From NCBI RefSeq assembly GCF_009914755.1, contig NC_060929.1: a stretch of DNA of 64,000 bases; one strand, written 5' to 3'. The translations under genes and the position numbers were made by a program. Positions 26,660-42,329 of this stretch are shown piece by piece. Source of the DNA: the human T2T-CHM13v2.0 reference genome, Homo sapiens. The notes beneath the pieces are model-generated. The model was not told the origin of the DNA. It did no database searches and was given only the letters and a program-made list of their open reading frames with translations. Positions within the stretch are counted from its first letter, which is position 1; each line of letters begins with the position of its first letter.

Positions 26660-28019
26660 TCATAGTAAGGGAGCTGGTTACTTTTCCATTTTGTCATAGG
26701 AAACAACACTCTTCAAATGACATGGTTATTCTCAGGATTTGCATCATTCTGCATTTCATTCTACATTAAAATCCAATAAGCACTGTATGTTTAGTTCAAG
26801 TAATTATGGCTCTCTGCTGTTTAGCCCATATCATATACAGCATAAAGCACACTATAATCTAGCATTAATTTTTGGCAAATCCTACTGGGGTCACTTCTTG
26901 TTCAGTTTTAAGACTTAAAAAAAAAATCCCTAAATGATTTAGTGAACATGTTTTGTTCTCTATCACCAACCATCTTCGTAGTATTCTATTCCATAGACAG
27001 TGGGCCAAGCATATACTTCCTGTTTTCAAAGGAAACTGTTATTACACAACATGCAATAAAGGGAGGATGCTCAGTAAAAATTTGTTAATAATCCTTTGCT
27101 TTAACAAAACGCAAACCCTATACAAAAATGTCCACTTTAGGTTAAAAGCAAACTACTGTATCAGTAACTTTATAATTGCAAAAACATCCTCTAGCTGATC
27201 TTGTTATTCAACTATAATAAACCAAAGAATACAAATTTCAAGATTAGGGGAATGATGAGAGATCCAATGGGCTTATTATTACTATTAGCCAGCCATGTGA
27301 TCCAAATGACTACACTACTGACCTATTTCATAATGCAAACAAAGCAGTATTTTTAACTGAATTAATACTTGTAACTCAACACCCTTAGGACAGTATCTAT
27401 GTTCCAAAAATTACAAATATCTTAGTAGCATTAAACTTCTGAGTGTTTTATGAAGAGCTGTTTTTATTTCATTTTAAAACAAGTGGAGCAAAATAAAGGT
27501 ATTGAGAAGAAATCAGTAATAAAACTAAGCTATGAAATGAGTACAGTGGAATAAGACCTTTACCTACTAAATTCTATGATCCTAACAGCTACAGTCAAAT
27601 CACAATTAGCTTTTAAAGTGTACCCCCTAGTGGTATAACTAAAGACCTACAGTTTATAATTCATAAATCACAGCCATCATTCTCAAAGGAAGCCCTCAGG
27701 ATCACTTCGAGCAGAGAATCAGGAAATGATACATAGATGCCCTGAAGCATCTTAAATTTTAAAACACAAAATATATAAAATGTATGCCCATTTACTGTCA
27801 TCGAAAATCAAGATTTCAATCTTATATTCTACTGGTTTAATATTTAATTACAATACACATTTAATTAACAAGAACAATTTACACAAGAAGGTTTGGAAAC
27901 AAACATGATCGACTTTTAACCCCAAAGAGTAGCTTAGCAGCCATGACCAAGTGTGCCACGGTCAAGAATGGAGAATGCTGGCTAATCCAGCCAATAAGTA
28001 AAGTAGAGATTCTACTCAA

Positions 28020-28430
28020 CTCTCAACACCGGCACTAATGACAGGGTTTCTCAACACCAGCACTAATGACTTTTTGGGCTGGATAAGTCTTGATTACGCA
28101 GGGCTGTATTAGTTTCCTGACATTGCTATTAAAATTATCACAAAAGTGGTGGCTTAAAACAACGGAAGTGTATTCTCTCATAGTTCTGGAGCCCAAAAGT
28201 CTGAAATGTTTCACTGTGCCAAAATTAAGGTGCTAGAAGGGCCATACTCTCTCTGGAGGCTCCAGGGATGAATCCATTCCTTGCCTGTTCCAGCTTCCGA
28301 TGGCTGCCAGCTTCCTTTGGCTTGCAGCCACATCACTCCAATTTTCAAGGCAAGCATCTTTAAATCTTTCTCTGCTGTCTTAACAGTGCCTTCTCTGAGT
28401 GTGTCAAATCTCCTTCTACCTTTCTCTTAA
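28020..28430. mobile_element. MER20-like fragment followed by partial MLT1 (MaLR) LTR from ~28106
   Basis: tttctcaacaccagcactaatgac...gggctggataa; tgtattagtttcc...ggcttaaaacaac...agttctggag. Confidence 0.7.
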
Positions 28431-28801
28431 AAAAATAATTTATCTACAAAATAGAAGTTCCAAATTTAAACATTATCCTTAAGTTATTTCCCATTACATC
28501 TTTTTCAGTGCCTAGTATGTTTCTTTATTCTTTAAAAGGATCCTGTTGTCAATCTCTAAATCCTTTCTAAATCTGACTCTATTTTCACTCTTTGCATAAG
28601 TTCTATATAAATGAACACTACTTCCTTCTATATACCTTCTATTTGTTCTAGACCAATGTGTCTTTCATGCTTCCGTAATACAGTAATTCAATGAAAAGAA
28701 ATCTAAACAAAAATCTGTTATATTTCTAAATAAACACCAAGAGATTTATTTAGAAAGGAGCTTTGTATTGGAAGAAACATTTTGTAAAGTGTTCTCTTTT
28801 A

Positions 28802-28945
<144 letters not shown>

Positions 28946-30599
28946 TTATTTTCCTCCATCCTCATCAAAGGCAATTAAAAAATTTTTAAATTTATGAATG
29001 TATAATCTGTAACTCCTATATTTTAAGGATTTATTACCACTTACATTAAAAGATGTTTATTGTTCCTTTAAGTTTAGTGACATTCAGGTACAACCTTTCA
29101 GAGGGAAAATAGTATGAAAGCAACAGTAATAGCCAGTACTTATAACATTTATATCTTTTAATATAGAAGCCCAATAAGGCTAACCTTATTTTACAGATGA
29201 GGAATCTGAGTTACAGGGATGAACAAGTCATGATCTTGTAACTTGCCCAAAGTAATAAAGCTAGGAAGCAGCAAAACTGGAATCTGGCACTAGTAAGGAT
29301 TCTCTATTCCCTTAATATGAAAGCCATTTTATCTATAGTTGCACTTCTGTGGAGTAACAGACATTCAAACCAACAAGACTACCACCTAATGCTTTATAAA
29401 TCTATTGCATCTTATTTGCATCAAGTCCAAATCAAAGGTGTTAAACTTACTTATCAATGTGATATAAAACCCAAATTACCTGTTTTTCTCAGAGCCACTG
29501 ACAGTATGAAAATATAATTTCTATATTAAAATTTCAGTTACTCTGAAGTTTTACATACCTGAACTTGACCTATGATTGATAAAAGGCGAAATGAACAGAT
29601 TCTCAAAATGTTAAATAGTTTTTCAAACACAAATGCAAAAAACTTATTTTTCTCTTGGGGGTAATAGTTAGAAAAATAGAAAGCAATGCTTTAAGAACTC
29701 TTGTTGCTGTCTTTATCCAGATTTATTTAAATTTTATTATAAAGTTTGGTAACTGTTTGATATTACATCATCATCATCTACTGTGGGAATAAATTTTGGA
29801 TCTGAAAATCAGGAAATCTCCTGACAACTAATCCATTTCTGGCTACCAGTAATTCAAAATAACTAGTTTTTTCCTTTCCCTCTCCTACCTAAAATTCCTC
29901 CCATTTTTGTCATCTTCCTTTATTTTTACTCTTCATTTCCTTTTGATTTCTTAAGCATAAGGGTCATAGGTTTGGTGCTAAGAGTTGGCTGACTAGACTC
30001 ATTATCTCTGTGAAGTTAGCAACTCTTAACCTCAATTTTGAATTTGAACTTATAATATTGTGGTGTTTTAATAAAATCCACAGGCAATAAGAATACCTAA
30101 AGTAGCAGATGAAAAATAAAGCTCTAAATCTGCAAGAAAGAGAAGAAAATCCAGAAATAACGGTAATAATCCTATGATTAATAATCTGAGGCATTATCCA
30201 GACTATGACAACAGCACAGGGGCTTTCCCTTTTGAAATCAGCAATAAATGTAAAGCTCATTTCCACATATCCCAAAAATTTGCCTGTAAATCAGCTGTAA
30301 GTTAAAAACGTTTGGAAAGCATTTCCCTAAAGGAAAAAAAAAAAAAAAGGCCCAATGTCTAGTCTCTGGGAATGTTACGAAAGCCTATTAAATTTGCAAG
30401 GAGCCAAAGGTATGGCAATTTCAATTTTGCCTTCCTGGAATTATAATGAACTAAACTTCTAAGATGAAATAAATTCATTTGGACCTTCACTGAAGAATTT
30501 ATAGATGCACTATATACAATGCTTCAAGATTAATCAAACTTTTGGTTATTTGAATTGTGGAAAAGAGGACTTTTGTTCCCTTACAGAATGAAGTCTGCA

Positions 30600-30954
<355 letters not shown>

Positions 30955-31943
30955 TTACATGACTATCTTTCCTAACACAGAGATTTATCTTATTCATACT
31001 CCTAAAGTGTAGTACAGTGCATAGTAGTACATAGAAGGTATCTAATAAATGTTTGCTTAGTAAATAAGTGGAGATATAAATCACTTTGGGATTAAACGTA
31101 TACATTTATATACAGTTGGTGAGCTGCGTTTGCAGAGAACAGGCATATCATAAATAAAATATAAACCTACAATCCCTTATCCTAGATGCAGATGTGTTGC
31201 GAAATTCTTATTAATAAGTATTCATGTCTTAGAAAAGTTATCTGGTGTATATATTATGAAATGTGAAATACCCAAGTGATGTCTGTAATCAGGAATATTA
31301 AGATTTCTGCAAGGGAACACAAATATTCCTATTAAGTGAAATAAAAACTAAATACAATCTGCTCTATTTGCTGCCACCTTATCAATGGATTCTGAAATTA
31401 TGGATAAGGGATTATAATCATGTAAAATAGTTTTAATTAACTTTAGGAAGTTTTATCATCTTTCTTCCTCAGCTATTTCTAGGAATGAAATCAAGCAGAA
31501 CCTCAAAGGTCATAAATTGAGAAACTTAATATAGAAACTAAAAATGTCTAATTGGCTGCTAGCTTGTGCTTCAGTTAGTTAACAATATTTAACTTCCGCG
31601 TGTCATACATGCTCTACAGAAGGGGAATAAAGATAAAACAAGGCAGACATTTGCTGCACTCAAGTTGCTCACCAGTTCACAGGAACTTCTAAATTTGTCA
31701 TATACTGATAGCTATATCAGTCTTTCAAGGATCACCTGGTTTACTTCTACTTTAATCCTAAATGTATCCTCTTAGTTTAACAGTATTTTTCATGATGTTT
31801 AAAGATTTCCTCAAAAGGCAATTTCATTTCTTCTTCTCACCAACCATCCCAGCCACAAAGAATATTAAAGATTACAGTCAGAAATGATTCTATGAATAAA
31901 TAAACCCAGTGACTGAATTTGACCTAAGTTAAAAAACTAATTA

Positions 31944-32111
<168 letters not shown>

Positions 32112-33579
32112 CTACAAAGAAAGTTTGCAAATGTTACCATTTCTGAGGGTTTAAATGGAGTATAACAACAGTTTAAAAATTACACAACTCCTATTAAGAA
32201 ATATATGCTATAACATATCTAAAGTTCCTAGCACAGTAATTGACACTGTCCTCAATTTACATTAATCCCTTCTCTTGGTCCTTTTCCACCTGAGTAGGAA
32301 GGGGAGGGAAGGGAAGCTCTTAGAGATTCCATTGAGTCTAAAGTAGGGCCAAGAAATACATATTCCCAGGTAAATGCTTCTCTCAGGCAACCCAGGTGAT
32401 TCAAATGTAAGGCCACATGTAGGAATACACCTTATTTTTATATGAAATTCCTTCTATTTAAAATTTGCTTTCAGGAAGAAGTAAATAAAAATGAATCTCG
32501 ATTTGATTAGAACACACTAGACTTCGAATTCCCACAGAAAAAGTTTTAGAGTATGCCCAAGAGATGTGGAAGACCTCCTATTTCCTGACAGTTCTTCATA
32601 CCCTATAAAATAAACTATAAATCCTAAGTCCTCAGATATCCATATGCAACACCTAAAGCACTAAGAAAGCTTTTCTACACTCTGAAACAAAATATTCAGA
32701 GTCAATTATGCAAAAATGCCTCACCTGTGATATGACAAATTCAGACCCACTACTCTGACCACAATGCCTCCCTTTCTAATATATTTACTCATTTACTTCA
32801 CAGCTGTTCTCCCTCCTCTGAACCTTTGCTCACTTATCCCTCTACTTGCTCCCACTCACCAGTGTCCTCTGGTCCTCATTTCTCTCCTGAATTCCCTGCC
32901 CCAATATGCTGCCAACAAATTTCTGGCAAAACCAGAAACTGAACAGTGGTTGAATCCAACAAACTTTCGCTTTGCAACTATACCAAGATTTCTGAGGGCT
33001 GCCAGAGAAAACCATACAAGCAGAAGTCTGGTAATGTTACTATAAACTCATGTTCATTGACCTCAGCAAGGCTCTTAAACACTGCCAAGCAACCATAGTA
33101 TTTCCACAGACAATTGACTCTCCTATTTTTCAGTGACTGCATAAATATTTTCCATCTGTCTTAATGTCTTTGATAATTCTCAGAAACTCCATCACTCTCA
33201 GAAAACTATCTCTTACCAAAGAAAGGCGCTATTTCCTGTCAACACCAAATCCTGAGGCATAACAGTATCCTAACCCATGATTTCCCCTTTTCCACTGTTA
33301 AGAGAAAGAGCTATTATTCCCTCTAAGGCCAGTTCTTATACCTTGCTTCCAAATCCCATGCCAACCCCCTTCCATCTTACTCCAAAGAGACTATTTTGTA
33401 TTTCATCTTGCTCTCACTACTAGCTCTTTGCCTCAGTATTTAAATGTGCATCAGTCTCTTCCATAAAACAAAACACAACAACAAAAAAACTCTCACCCAG
33501 TCAGAAACCTGGGGGTTCTTCCTCTGTCTTCATCTCTATATGCAATCAATCCTCATGTTCTATTGATTCTACCTAACTA

Positions 33580-33810
33580 CAGGCTAAGCATCACAAATCC
33601 AAAAAATTCAAAATCCGAAATGCTCCAAAATCTGAAAGTTTCTGAGCACTGACATGACACTCAGGAAATTCTCATTGGAGCATTTCAGATTTTGGATTTG
33701 GGATGCTCAACCAGTAAGCACAATGCAAATATTGCAAAATCAAAAAAAAAAAAAGTGTAATCCCAAGTACTTTTAGTCCCAAATTTTTTAGATAAGGGAT
33801 ACTCATCCTG
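33580..33810. mobile_element. Tigger4/MER46-type DNA transposon inserted in old L2-like sequence
   Basis: TA-caggctaagcatc...gatactcatcctg-TA; aaatccgaaatgctccaaaatctgaaa. Confidence 0.8.
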
Positions 33811-35067
33811 TATCTCTGAAGCCCAGGAAGCTCTTTCTGTATCCACAACCTTCATACGAGTGAAGCCCAGCACTATCTTTTGCTTGGACTCCTTTAACGG
33901 TACCCTGTTATTGACTTAATCTATTCTAATCCATTCTCCACGTTATGCCTGACACATACAGATGCGCGATAAATACCTGATCCATAAGGTTGCCAACATG
34001 ATCTTTTAAAGCTGCAAATCTAATCATGCCACTCTCTAAATTTAAACCTTTCACTAGCTTCTCTTTGCTGTATTCAAAATCTGTAACATTGTCTCCACAG
34101 TCTAGACTCTGCCTTCCACTCTGGCAGCAGCTGTCTGTGATCTCTTCCCCCTGCATTGCTAGGCTCTGTTCAGGCTCTTCAGCACGGAATGGTTTCTTGA
34201 ATTTGAGCTTTTTACCAGGGAAGTCTCTGATTGGAATGTTCTTCTCTCTCCTATTCCTACTCTGAATTTTATTTTAAATGATACGTTCTCAGAATGTTTT
34301 CCTTACCCCTTAATCTGTTATCTCCCTCTAAAATATATTTTCCCCTCTGTATCATTGAGCACACTGGATATATGATTGTCTAAAACCTTTAGATTGTAAG
34401 GTTCACAAAAGTTGAGACTGTTCCTGTCCTATTTCTGGTTACATCCTCAAGCACAAAGTTTGGCACATAGAAGGTACCCAAATTGAGCCACTGATCTAAC
34501 ATGAATGAACCAATTCCTGATTTGATTCGACTCAGACTATCCAACTTCTCTTTTAGAGCCAAACAAAACAACTTAAAAAAGTTGCTTTTGTCAATGTTTG
34601 TTTACGTATATTATTGATGCCTACATAGTGACTTAAGTTCACAAACCTCTAAAAATATAAGTCACTTAGCAATCTTCTAGTTTAAGAATTTTTTATGGTT
34701 TAAATCAGGCCCAGATCCATGACAATATAATTCAAAGTTAGAAGAGTTATCTTAAGCCTTTATAGTAAGCACCGTTCTAAACTCTCAATGGTCTTCATTA
34801 CATCCCTGGATGTAATGAAGATCACTTAAATGAGATTGCAGATCACTTAAATCAGAAACTCTGTAAGTCCCACCCAACAATCTCAGTTAACAATTTCTCC
34901 AGATGACTGATGATGCCCACTGAAGTTTGAAAACAACTGCCCTAGATGACCAGGCCAGACCCACAGGTTGTATCCATGCTATAACAACGAGGATGATTAT
35001 GAGTTTTAAAATTTTGGATTCTTTTGTTAAAGAATAGGAAAGGAGAATGTAGTATTAGTTTATTTTA

Positions 35068-35403
<336 letters not shown>

Positions 35404-36393
35404 CTAATATTCAAAAGCGACTGCTAGACATTGCAAGAATTGTTTTTTAAAAGACACTTCCTGTTCACACTTCATTAGGAGACGTAAGACAACTATAAAA
35501 TTAGGTCAAACCAATATTGCCATGGCATTCAAACATCACTGACTCAATGACAGTGTTATGCAGTACAACCTAAATATCTGGAAAAACAAATTAACTGAGG
35601 AATAAGAGTACTTTGTATAATGTAGATGGAAGAGTTAAAAATAAAGCAGTACCCACATATGTACCATGTAAGTATGGGAAGAAAAGTAGGTTAAAGGAAC
35701 ATTGTGGAAGGCCATCGGCAGAAGTCTCTAAGGGCATCTGAATAAGGGACTATTATTTAAGGGACAAACTTGTGAAATTCACCTGGCCACTTCATGCTGT
35801 TCAGTATGAGAAAACAGTAAGAAAGCTACTGTAAAAAACAGTTGGCAGTGAGATCAAGGGCCTAATCTTGACTGGTGGAAATGGGAATCAAAAAAGAGAA
35901 AACAGGTACAATGTCATTGAGAGCAAACTCTTTGATGAGTTTCATACTAATTTCATTTTTAATGATAGACACAGCGCTCAGCAGAGAGCAGCAACAACAG
36001 ACCTTTGTTCAACTGAAATGAGTATGAAGCTATAGGATCCGTAAACTGACTGGATGTGGGAGGGGCCACTATAAATGATTCTCAGTCTGAACAACTGGAA
36101 GAACAAAGGTGTCTAATAGGAAGAGATGTTAGAGAAGTAGCTAATTTGAGAAAAACAAAATTTGAATCTGGACAAGCTGAAGTTCACATACCATCAGAAT
36201 TACTGAAGTACAGGTAAACAGAGATCTCAAGTTCTGAATAAAAAAAAAAAAATAGAATTCAAGTCTAAATTACCCTGTATTAGGAAGTCAGTTCTCTCTC
36301 TCTCTCTCTCACAATTCTCTCCTCCCAAAAAATACTCAAAAGATTATAAAGGTCTTCTTAAATGAAAACAATATATTAGACAGACATACTCAC

Positions 36394-36467
36394 ATTATTA
36401 TCCTGGGGTGATATTCCATTACTGAGTTATTAAGATAAAAACGTTTGAAATACATACAAGCCGTACC
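36394..36467 (-). CDS. CCNH: CCNH exon 3 (GTACMYFKRFYLNNSVMEYHPRII)
   Basis: AG / GTGAG, 74 nt. Confidence 0.97.
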
Positions 36468-36731
36468 CTAAGGGTTAAAAAAAATATATCATCAGGATCT
36501 AGTCACAAATGTTAAATGTTAAATTTTGTGAAACAGAACTTATTTATGGAAAGGTTTCTTTGTAGAGATTACCCAGAAAAATACTAATACTCATTAATTC
36601 TTCTTTAATCAAAACAAATTGTGATGAATTACTACAGAAATGCCATAGCCAAAAGATTCTTTCCCATCCTTTGCTTGTCTATCCCCAGCCTACTCTGGCT
36701 AATCCTTCCTATGGTCACTGGATTTAAAAAT

Positions 36732-36733
<2 letters not shown>

Positions 36734-36769
<36 letters not shown>
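36734..36769. repeat. (TG)n microsatellite
   Basis: Direct reading. Confidence 0.97.
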
Positions 36770-36771
<2 letters not shown>

Positions 36772-38329
36772 TAGAAATCAGACTATCAAAAATGTTCTGA
36801 ATTAGATAAATTCAGGAAGAAAAATACAAACGTTCACAGATTAACCAATCTTATAAAAATACTGACAAAAAAACATGGGCAAGGCAATAAGCCTTCTCTC
36901 TAAAGCCACTCCATATTTGTGATATAACCATGTATCCATTCCATGATTTGTGATCACTGCTGCCAACTGAATGGCAGAAGCAGCACTACCATTTATTGAA
37001 TGTATACCATGTGCCAGACTCTGTGCTAAACACGAAACTATCATCATGTTTTAATCCTTACAACAGCTTGGTGAAGTATTACTATCTCTACAGAGAAGGA
37101 AACTGAGTATCAATGAGGTTAACTGACTTATCTAGGTCACACAGCTAATAAGGAACAGGAATGAATTCAAGTAAGACCTGCCTGTACTTTTAACCATTAT
37201 ATCATTTGGCTGGAACCAATGAAATAACCACTTATCTATTTTATGATAGAAAAAAGAATATTTCCTTTTAAGTATTTTAAAAGTTTAGTTTTGTCATTAT
37301 GTAAAACAAAAAATTATTCACCAATGATAAACATGTTATTTAAAAATAAATTCCATAAAGAAGTTCATTAAAGGATTTTTTCTTCATTTGATAAGATCAC
37401 TTAAATTTACTGCCTCATTTTACAGTTCTTTTGTAAGAACAAGCCAAATCTGAAGATATAAACTAATCAAGTATACCTAAAACTCTCTCTGAATCTTTGA
37501 CATCTCAGATGAAAAAAAATTGTAAATTCTATGGACTTAATATTTTCAACATACTTCAATTTTTTTTTCAACTATAAAAATGGAGATAATTTCCTAGAAA
37601 ATTATTCTCTACTGGGTCGTAAGCTAGTCACGCTGTATAACTTTAAAACTTAACAGACTTTTACTTAAGATATACTTTTATATTTGGTCTTCACAACAAA
37701 CCAGTGAGAGAATAACGTAACAACATTTTGAACACCCTCCCACTCTACCTTTTTTATCTTTCTGCTTTTTAATCTCAGCTACCTGTTTCTCCTCACGGTT
37801 GCCCACCCCAGCAAAAAACAAATAGGTCCTCAGAACCATACATCTGAAACAATAAGGCAATCTTTTTCACCAAAGATAAAACTCCAGCTTCTACTAATCA
37901 AGGCTTAAAAAAATCTTATGGTATCAGTTTCAGCTGGGGCATATGATTACCAATGATGAATGAATGCATTATTTCAAACATTTATTGGGTGTCACAGAGT
38001 TGGAAAAGCAGTAGTCTATGTTCTAGTCCCAGTCCTATGGCTCATTAGTTGAGAACTTAGAGGAAAGTAATTTATTTTTTTTCTTTCTTTATGACATTAC
38101 CTGACCTCAAATTTTTTTCTGACCACAAAGTGAGACTTGAAATACTTTTGAAGATATGATACAGCAACTCATGATTTAAGGCCTGTATTGAAAAATATAT
38201 AATGTGCCAAAAACTAATTAATTGTAACTAAGGTGAATTTTTAAGACTTGAGTGGACAGGGAATTTAGAAGAGGTCAAATTTCACAAGCCAACTAAAGGA
38301 CATTATATTTCATCACCACTGTAACTTAC

Positions 38330-38452
38330 CACAACAGATCTTGGCATTGCTGGCTTAAACACCGAACAGAATTCCAATAACCTTTTCTCATAGTATTTGC
38401 AGAGTGTCATTTCTTCATGAGGCTCAAGAAAGACTGGATCATTCGGAAGAAC
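38330..38452 (-). CDS. CCNH: CCNH exon 2 ([41 protein letters not shown])
   Basis: AG / GTAAG, 123 nt. Confidence 0.97.
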
Positions 38453-39569
38453 CTTTAGATCAACAATTACAACACAAGTTCAATGAATTCAATGAATTAA
38501 ACAATTGTAAAACATTTTTCTCTATCTAGATTAAATTTAGTTTATATATCCAACGAAGGGTATATATCACGCCTCATTTTCTTTATAGATTCGCTAATCA
38601 TTACACAAAATAGCTGTAGGAAAATATTTAATAAACTAAAACTGTACCATCATTTCACGACTTTTCGGAATGTCAGCTAGACCTTTGCTTCATTAAAGTA
38701 TAAACAATCATGACAGGCTGTGTGCACATGCTCACAGTTGTGATATCATTATTTATAAATTAAAAAGTAGACAGACTTTTTAAAATATGATTGGAAAGCT
38801 TCCAACATCCGTTTCTCGGTCAGTCATTACGTCACAAGTTGTAAAAAAACAGCAAATGTTTCAATAAATTTCTGTTATTTTAAGCTACCCAGTTTGTGGT
38901 GATTTTTTTAAGGCAGCCCTTAGGAAACTAATTCAGGTGCTAAAATCAGTGATATGAAATAGATGTGAATTAAAGGTAGAAAGTAAAGTAACTCAGTATC
39001 GGTAATTTGGAGGCACTGAACACTTGCTGGAGTGGAGCTTGCAGGAAAGATTAAACCAGTCCGAGAGCTGTAACAGAAGGAACTTGGCTAGCGGGCCATA
39101 GTCCAAACCATCTTCAGTCACTTGGTTTGTACTTGGTCTCTGGTCTCCCTCCCTCATCCAACCCATTCACCACGAGGTTGCTAGAGCGCTGTTTCCAGAA
39201 CGGAAATCTGATAAGGTTAGCTTCCCATTTTAAATATTTCAAAGGTTCCTCATCCTTTCAGTGGAAATGTTAAACGCCTCACTTCCACTTACAAGTTCCC
39301 TTCCTACCCTCCCCAGCCATTCCTGCACAGGTACTCAACTTCGGCCACATACGACCACAAACACGTCCACGCACCATCTCTGTAACTTCTGACCTCCCTC
39401 CCACTCTGAACGGTGGTTCTGACTGCCTGGAACTTCCTTTCCCATTTTCTCCGCATTGGCTACTGGGAAAAACCTTCCCCAACATCATCTCTTGACAAGT
39501 GAACGGCTCTTGCCACGCACTACCTTAGCACACTACTTACTCTCTTCTTCACTACGTTACAAAGACTGG

Positions 39570-40260
39570 TTACTTGTCTGCCATTCGACGACGGGGATGG
39601 CGTTGTTCGTCTTTGTACCCACGGAACCTGGCAAGGTGCTCGCTTATTTTGATAGAAAAACGCACTCCGCGCCGCAGAGGCAGAGAAACGACGGAGCGAG
39701 ATTGTCCTGGGAGCCAGAAGAGCTCCCGCAGCTGCTCAGAATTTAGTGACCGGGCAACTGGGCAACCGTTGGGAAAACCTCACCTTCCCGTTGGCCACGG
39801 CTTTGCATCTGAATTTGCGGTTGGCGTCAGCCCGCAGTCTTGCCAGCTGCTCCTCGCTGGAGAAGGTCCAGTGCCGCTTCTGACTACTGTTGTGGTACAT
39901 TATGGAATCGTGACCAGGTCCAGAGGGTCTGCAGACGAGAACCCAAACGCATCAGCGTCCTGGCGTAAAACACCCGTACCCCCACCGAAGATCTCGCGGA
40001 AGCCTAGGGCGTCCGGCTAGCCGGCGCTGGCGCGCTGTCGTCACGATTACGCGGCCAGCCCGTACGCAGTTGCATTTCCGGAGCGGACTAGGAACAGACC
40101 GTATCCCGGGTTCGTTAGGGCGCCCACTGAGACGTAAGTGGGCGGAGCCTAGAGAACGCTCCTCTCGGTGAGTCTGGGACATAGCTCCGCCCCTTCCAGG
40201 CAAGATTTAAAGGAGAAGCGCCCGGCAAGAGTGTTCAAGGGGCATAAACTGAGGGTACGG
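39570..40260. promoter_or_regulatory. CpG island / CCNH promoter with GC boxes (40140-40145, ~40185-40192), ETS site CCGGAAAT (- strand, 40074-40081) and CRE half-site
   Basis: Only CpG-dense stretch in the window, spanning CCNH exon 1; no TATA box seen. Confidence 0.88.
39784..39900 (-). CDS. CCNH: CCNH exon 1 coding ([39 protein letters not shown]); cyclin H of CAK/TFIIH
   Basis: ATG at 39900, GTGAG donor, 117 nt; the nine exons sum to 972 nt = 323 aa + stop. Confidence 0.98.
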
Positions 40261-42055
40261 AGTAGGCAGATGTAAATTCACAGGGGATAATCAGAAATGA
40301 GGAAAGGATTTCGTAGGGTGCTCATTTTTAAATAGAGGCCTCACTGAAGTTGACATTTGTGAAAAGGCTTGAAAGAGTTGAAATAGTAGGTTGATCAATC
40401 ATGTAGGGAGATCACGGGGCCCAGAAAGAATAGGTAAGATCTTCAGGCAGAAGCATTCCTAGCCCTTTTCAGGAAGAGTTTGGAGACCAGTATTCTTGAA
40501 GCACTACCAGAAATCTCGGAGAATGGAACATGGCTGAAAAACTTGAAGCAGTGGATGCGTATTGGCCCTTACAGTTCTGCCACTTTTGTTGCCTTGTCTG
40601 TTCTTTCTCTGTGCTTTTTTTCCTTACCCTTCTGTTGATAACTAGCCAATCCTCTCCCTCTGTTTTCATCTCTGAAGCCAGGATGTATGGTAGTATTCGT
40701 TTTATTGAGATTCCCATTTTCATTGCCTCTAGGGAGCCTTACAGTAAGCTATCATGAAAATTAAGGTATTTACTATTTTTTAAATTAATAGGACTTTCAA
40801 AATTGCAGGTGAGGTTCAAAATTTACATGGATTCTGGTTTGTCCCATTTAGGCATACCTTATTCTCTCATGTATTTATTATATATCCAATCCGAAAAATG
40901 GATTTCCCTATGGCAAATAGCTTTTCTAAAAAATAAATAAATAAATAAAAAGAAAGAGAAAGATGATGAGACCTAGAGAATTTAGGTCTTGAAAAGCCCA
41001 CACAGGTAAAAAGAAGAAGTGGCAGGATGACTTTAACTCTGCTTTCTATTAAAATGTTTTTAGGGGCTTAAGAAAGGGAAAGCCTTTTCTTTTTCATTTT
41101 TGTTGGGTACAGCTGAGGTTAGAGTTTGCCACAGTTATCTGAATTCCTCAAACTTATGCCATTTGTGGTATATAATTTTGGAGAGCCACACACTCAACAT
41201 ATGTGGCTAACCTGGTCTCATAAATTGGCTAAGAAAAGAGAGAAAAAGAGAAGATCAAAGGGCATGGCAAATTGATTACAATGAATTGTGAACAACCTAA
41301 AATGTTGCATGTTGGGGAAAGAATAATTTAAAAGAGAAAAACATAATGGTACAAAAGATAGGCAAATAAGTGATCTAGATAATTAAATGTCTATATAAAG
41401 TCTTAGCCTCATGACTGTTATATATATCATATAAATTCTTTTCATTTTGTTTTTCTGAAAGATATTTGACAACTCCTTAGTTTTATGTAAAGGATAATAA
41501 AAATAGGCATTTAAAAGAGTTGGCAGACTGTGATTTCCACAGAGATATGAGTAAAATTTCTGAATGTCATTTAGGAAAAATATATGAAAAACCTGGCATT
41601 GCTGGTGTAATTTTTTTTAAACCTTGAACAAATTTTAGTCCATGAAAATTGACATTGATCTTATTTTTCAGATGTAGTAGGAATTGGGCTCTGTCTAAAT
41701 TAACTGTCTGAGGAATACAATTGTTGCTGATGCCCTAACATTAAGGCTCATGTATGGTTTTTCTTACTAAGGTAAGCAGACTGGATGCTGTGACAGTCTC
41801 CTACTCAGCCTGTTGTGCGACAGTGTTTCTTTGCTATTGCTACCACAGGAGGCACACTGGAATGCAGAACTTGTGCCTTTACCTATTTCCATTTCTAGTT
41901 TCAACTAAAAAGTAGCAAGTGTTTCTCTTCACTTCTATTATTTTTACTTATTTATTTATGGAGAATTTCAAATATAAAGAATACAGAGAAACATATTTCA
42001 AAAATTATCAATACATGGCCAGTTCCCTTCTACCCTCCACCCACACCTCCATTAG

Positions 42056-42329
<274 letters not shown>

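Noticed and set aside
39574-40020. 148-aa + strand ORF antisense to CCNH exon 1 (and the 83-aa - strand ORF 39952..40203)
   Set aside because: Non-ATG starts, GC-rich CpG island with few stops by chance, no recognisable domain.
41840-41860. CTCF-like motif ccacaggaggcac
   Set aside because: The 5' half does not fit the consensus spacing; unsupported without a PWM scan or ChIP data.
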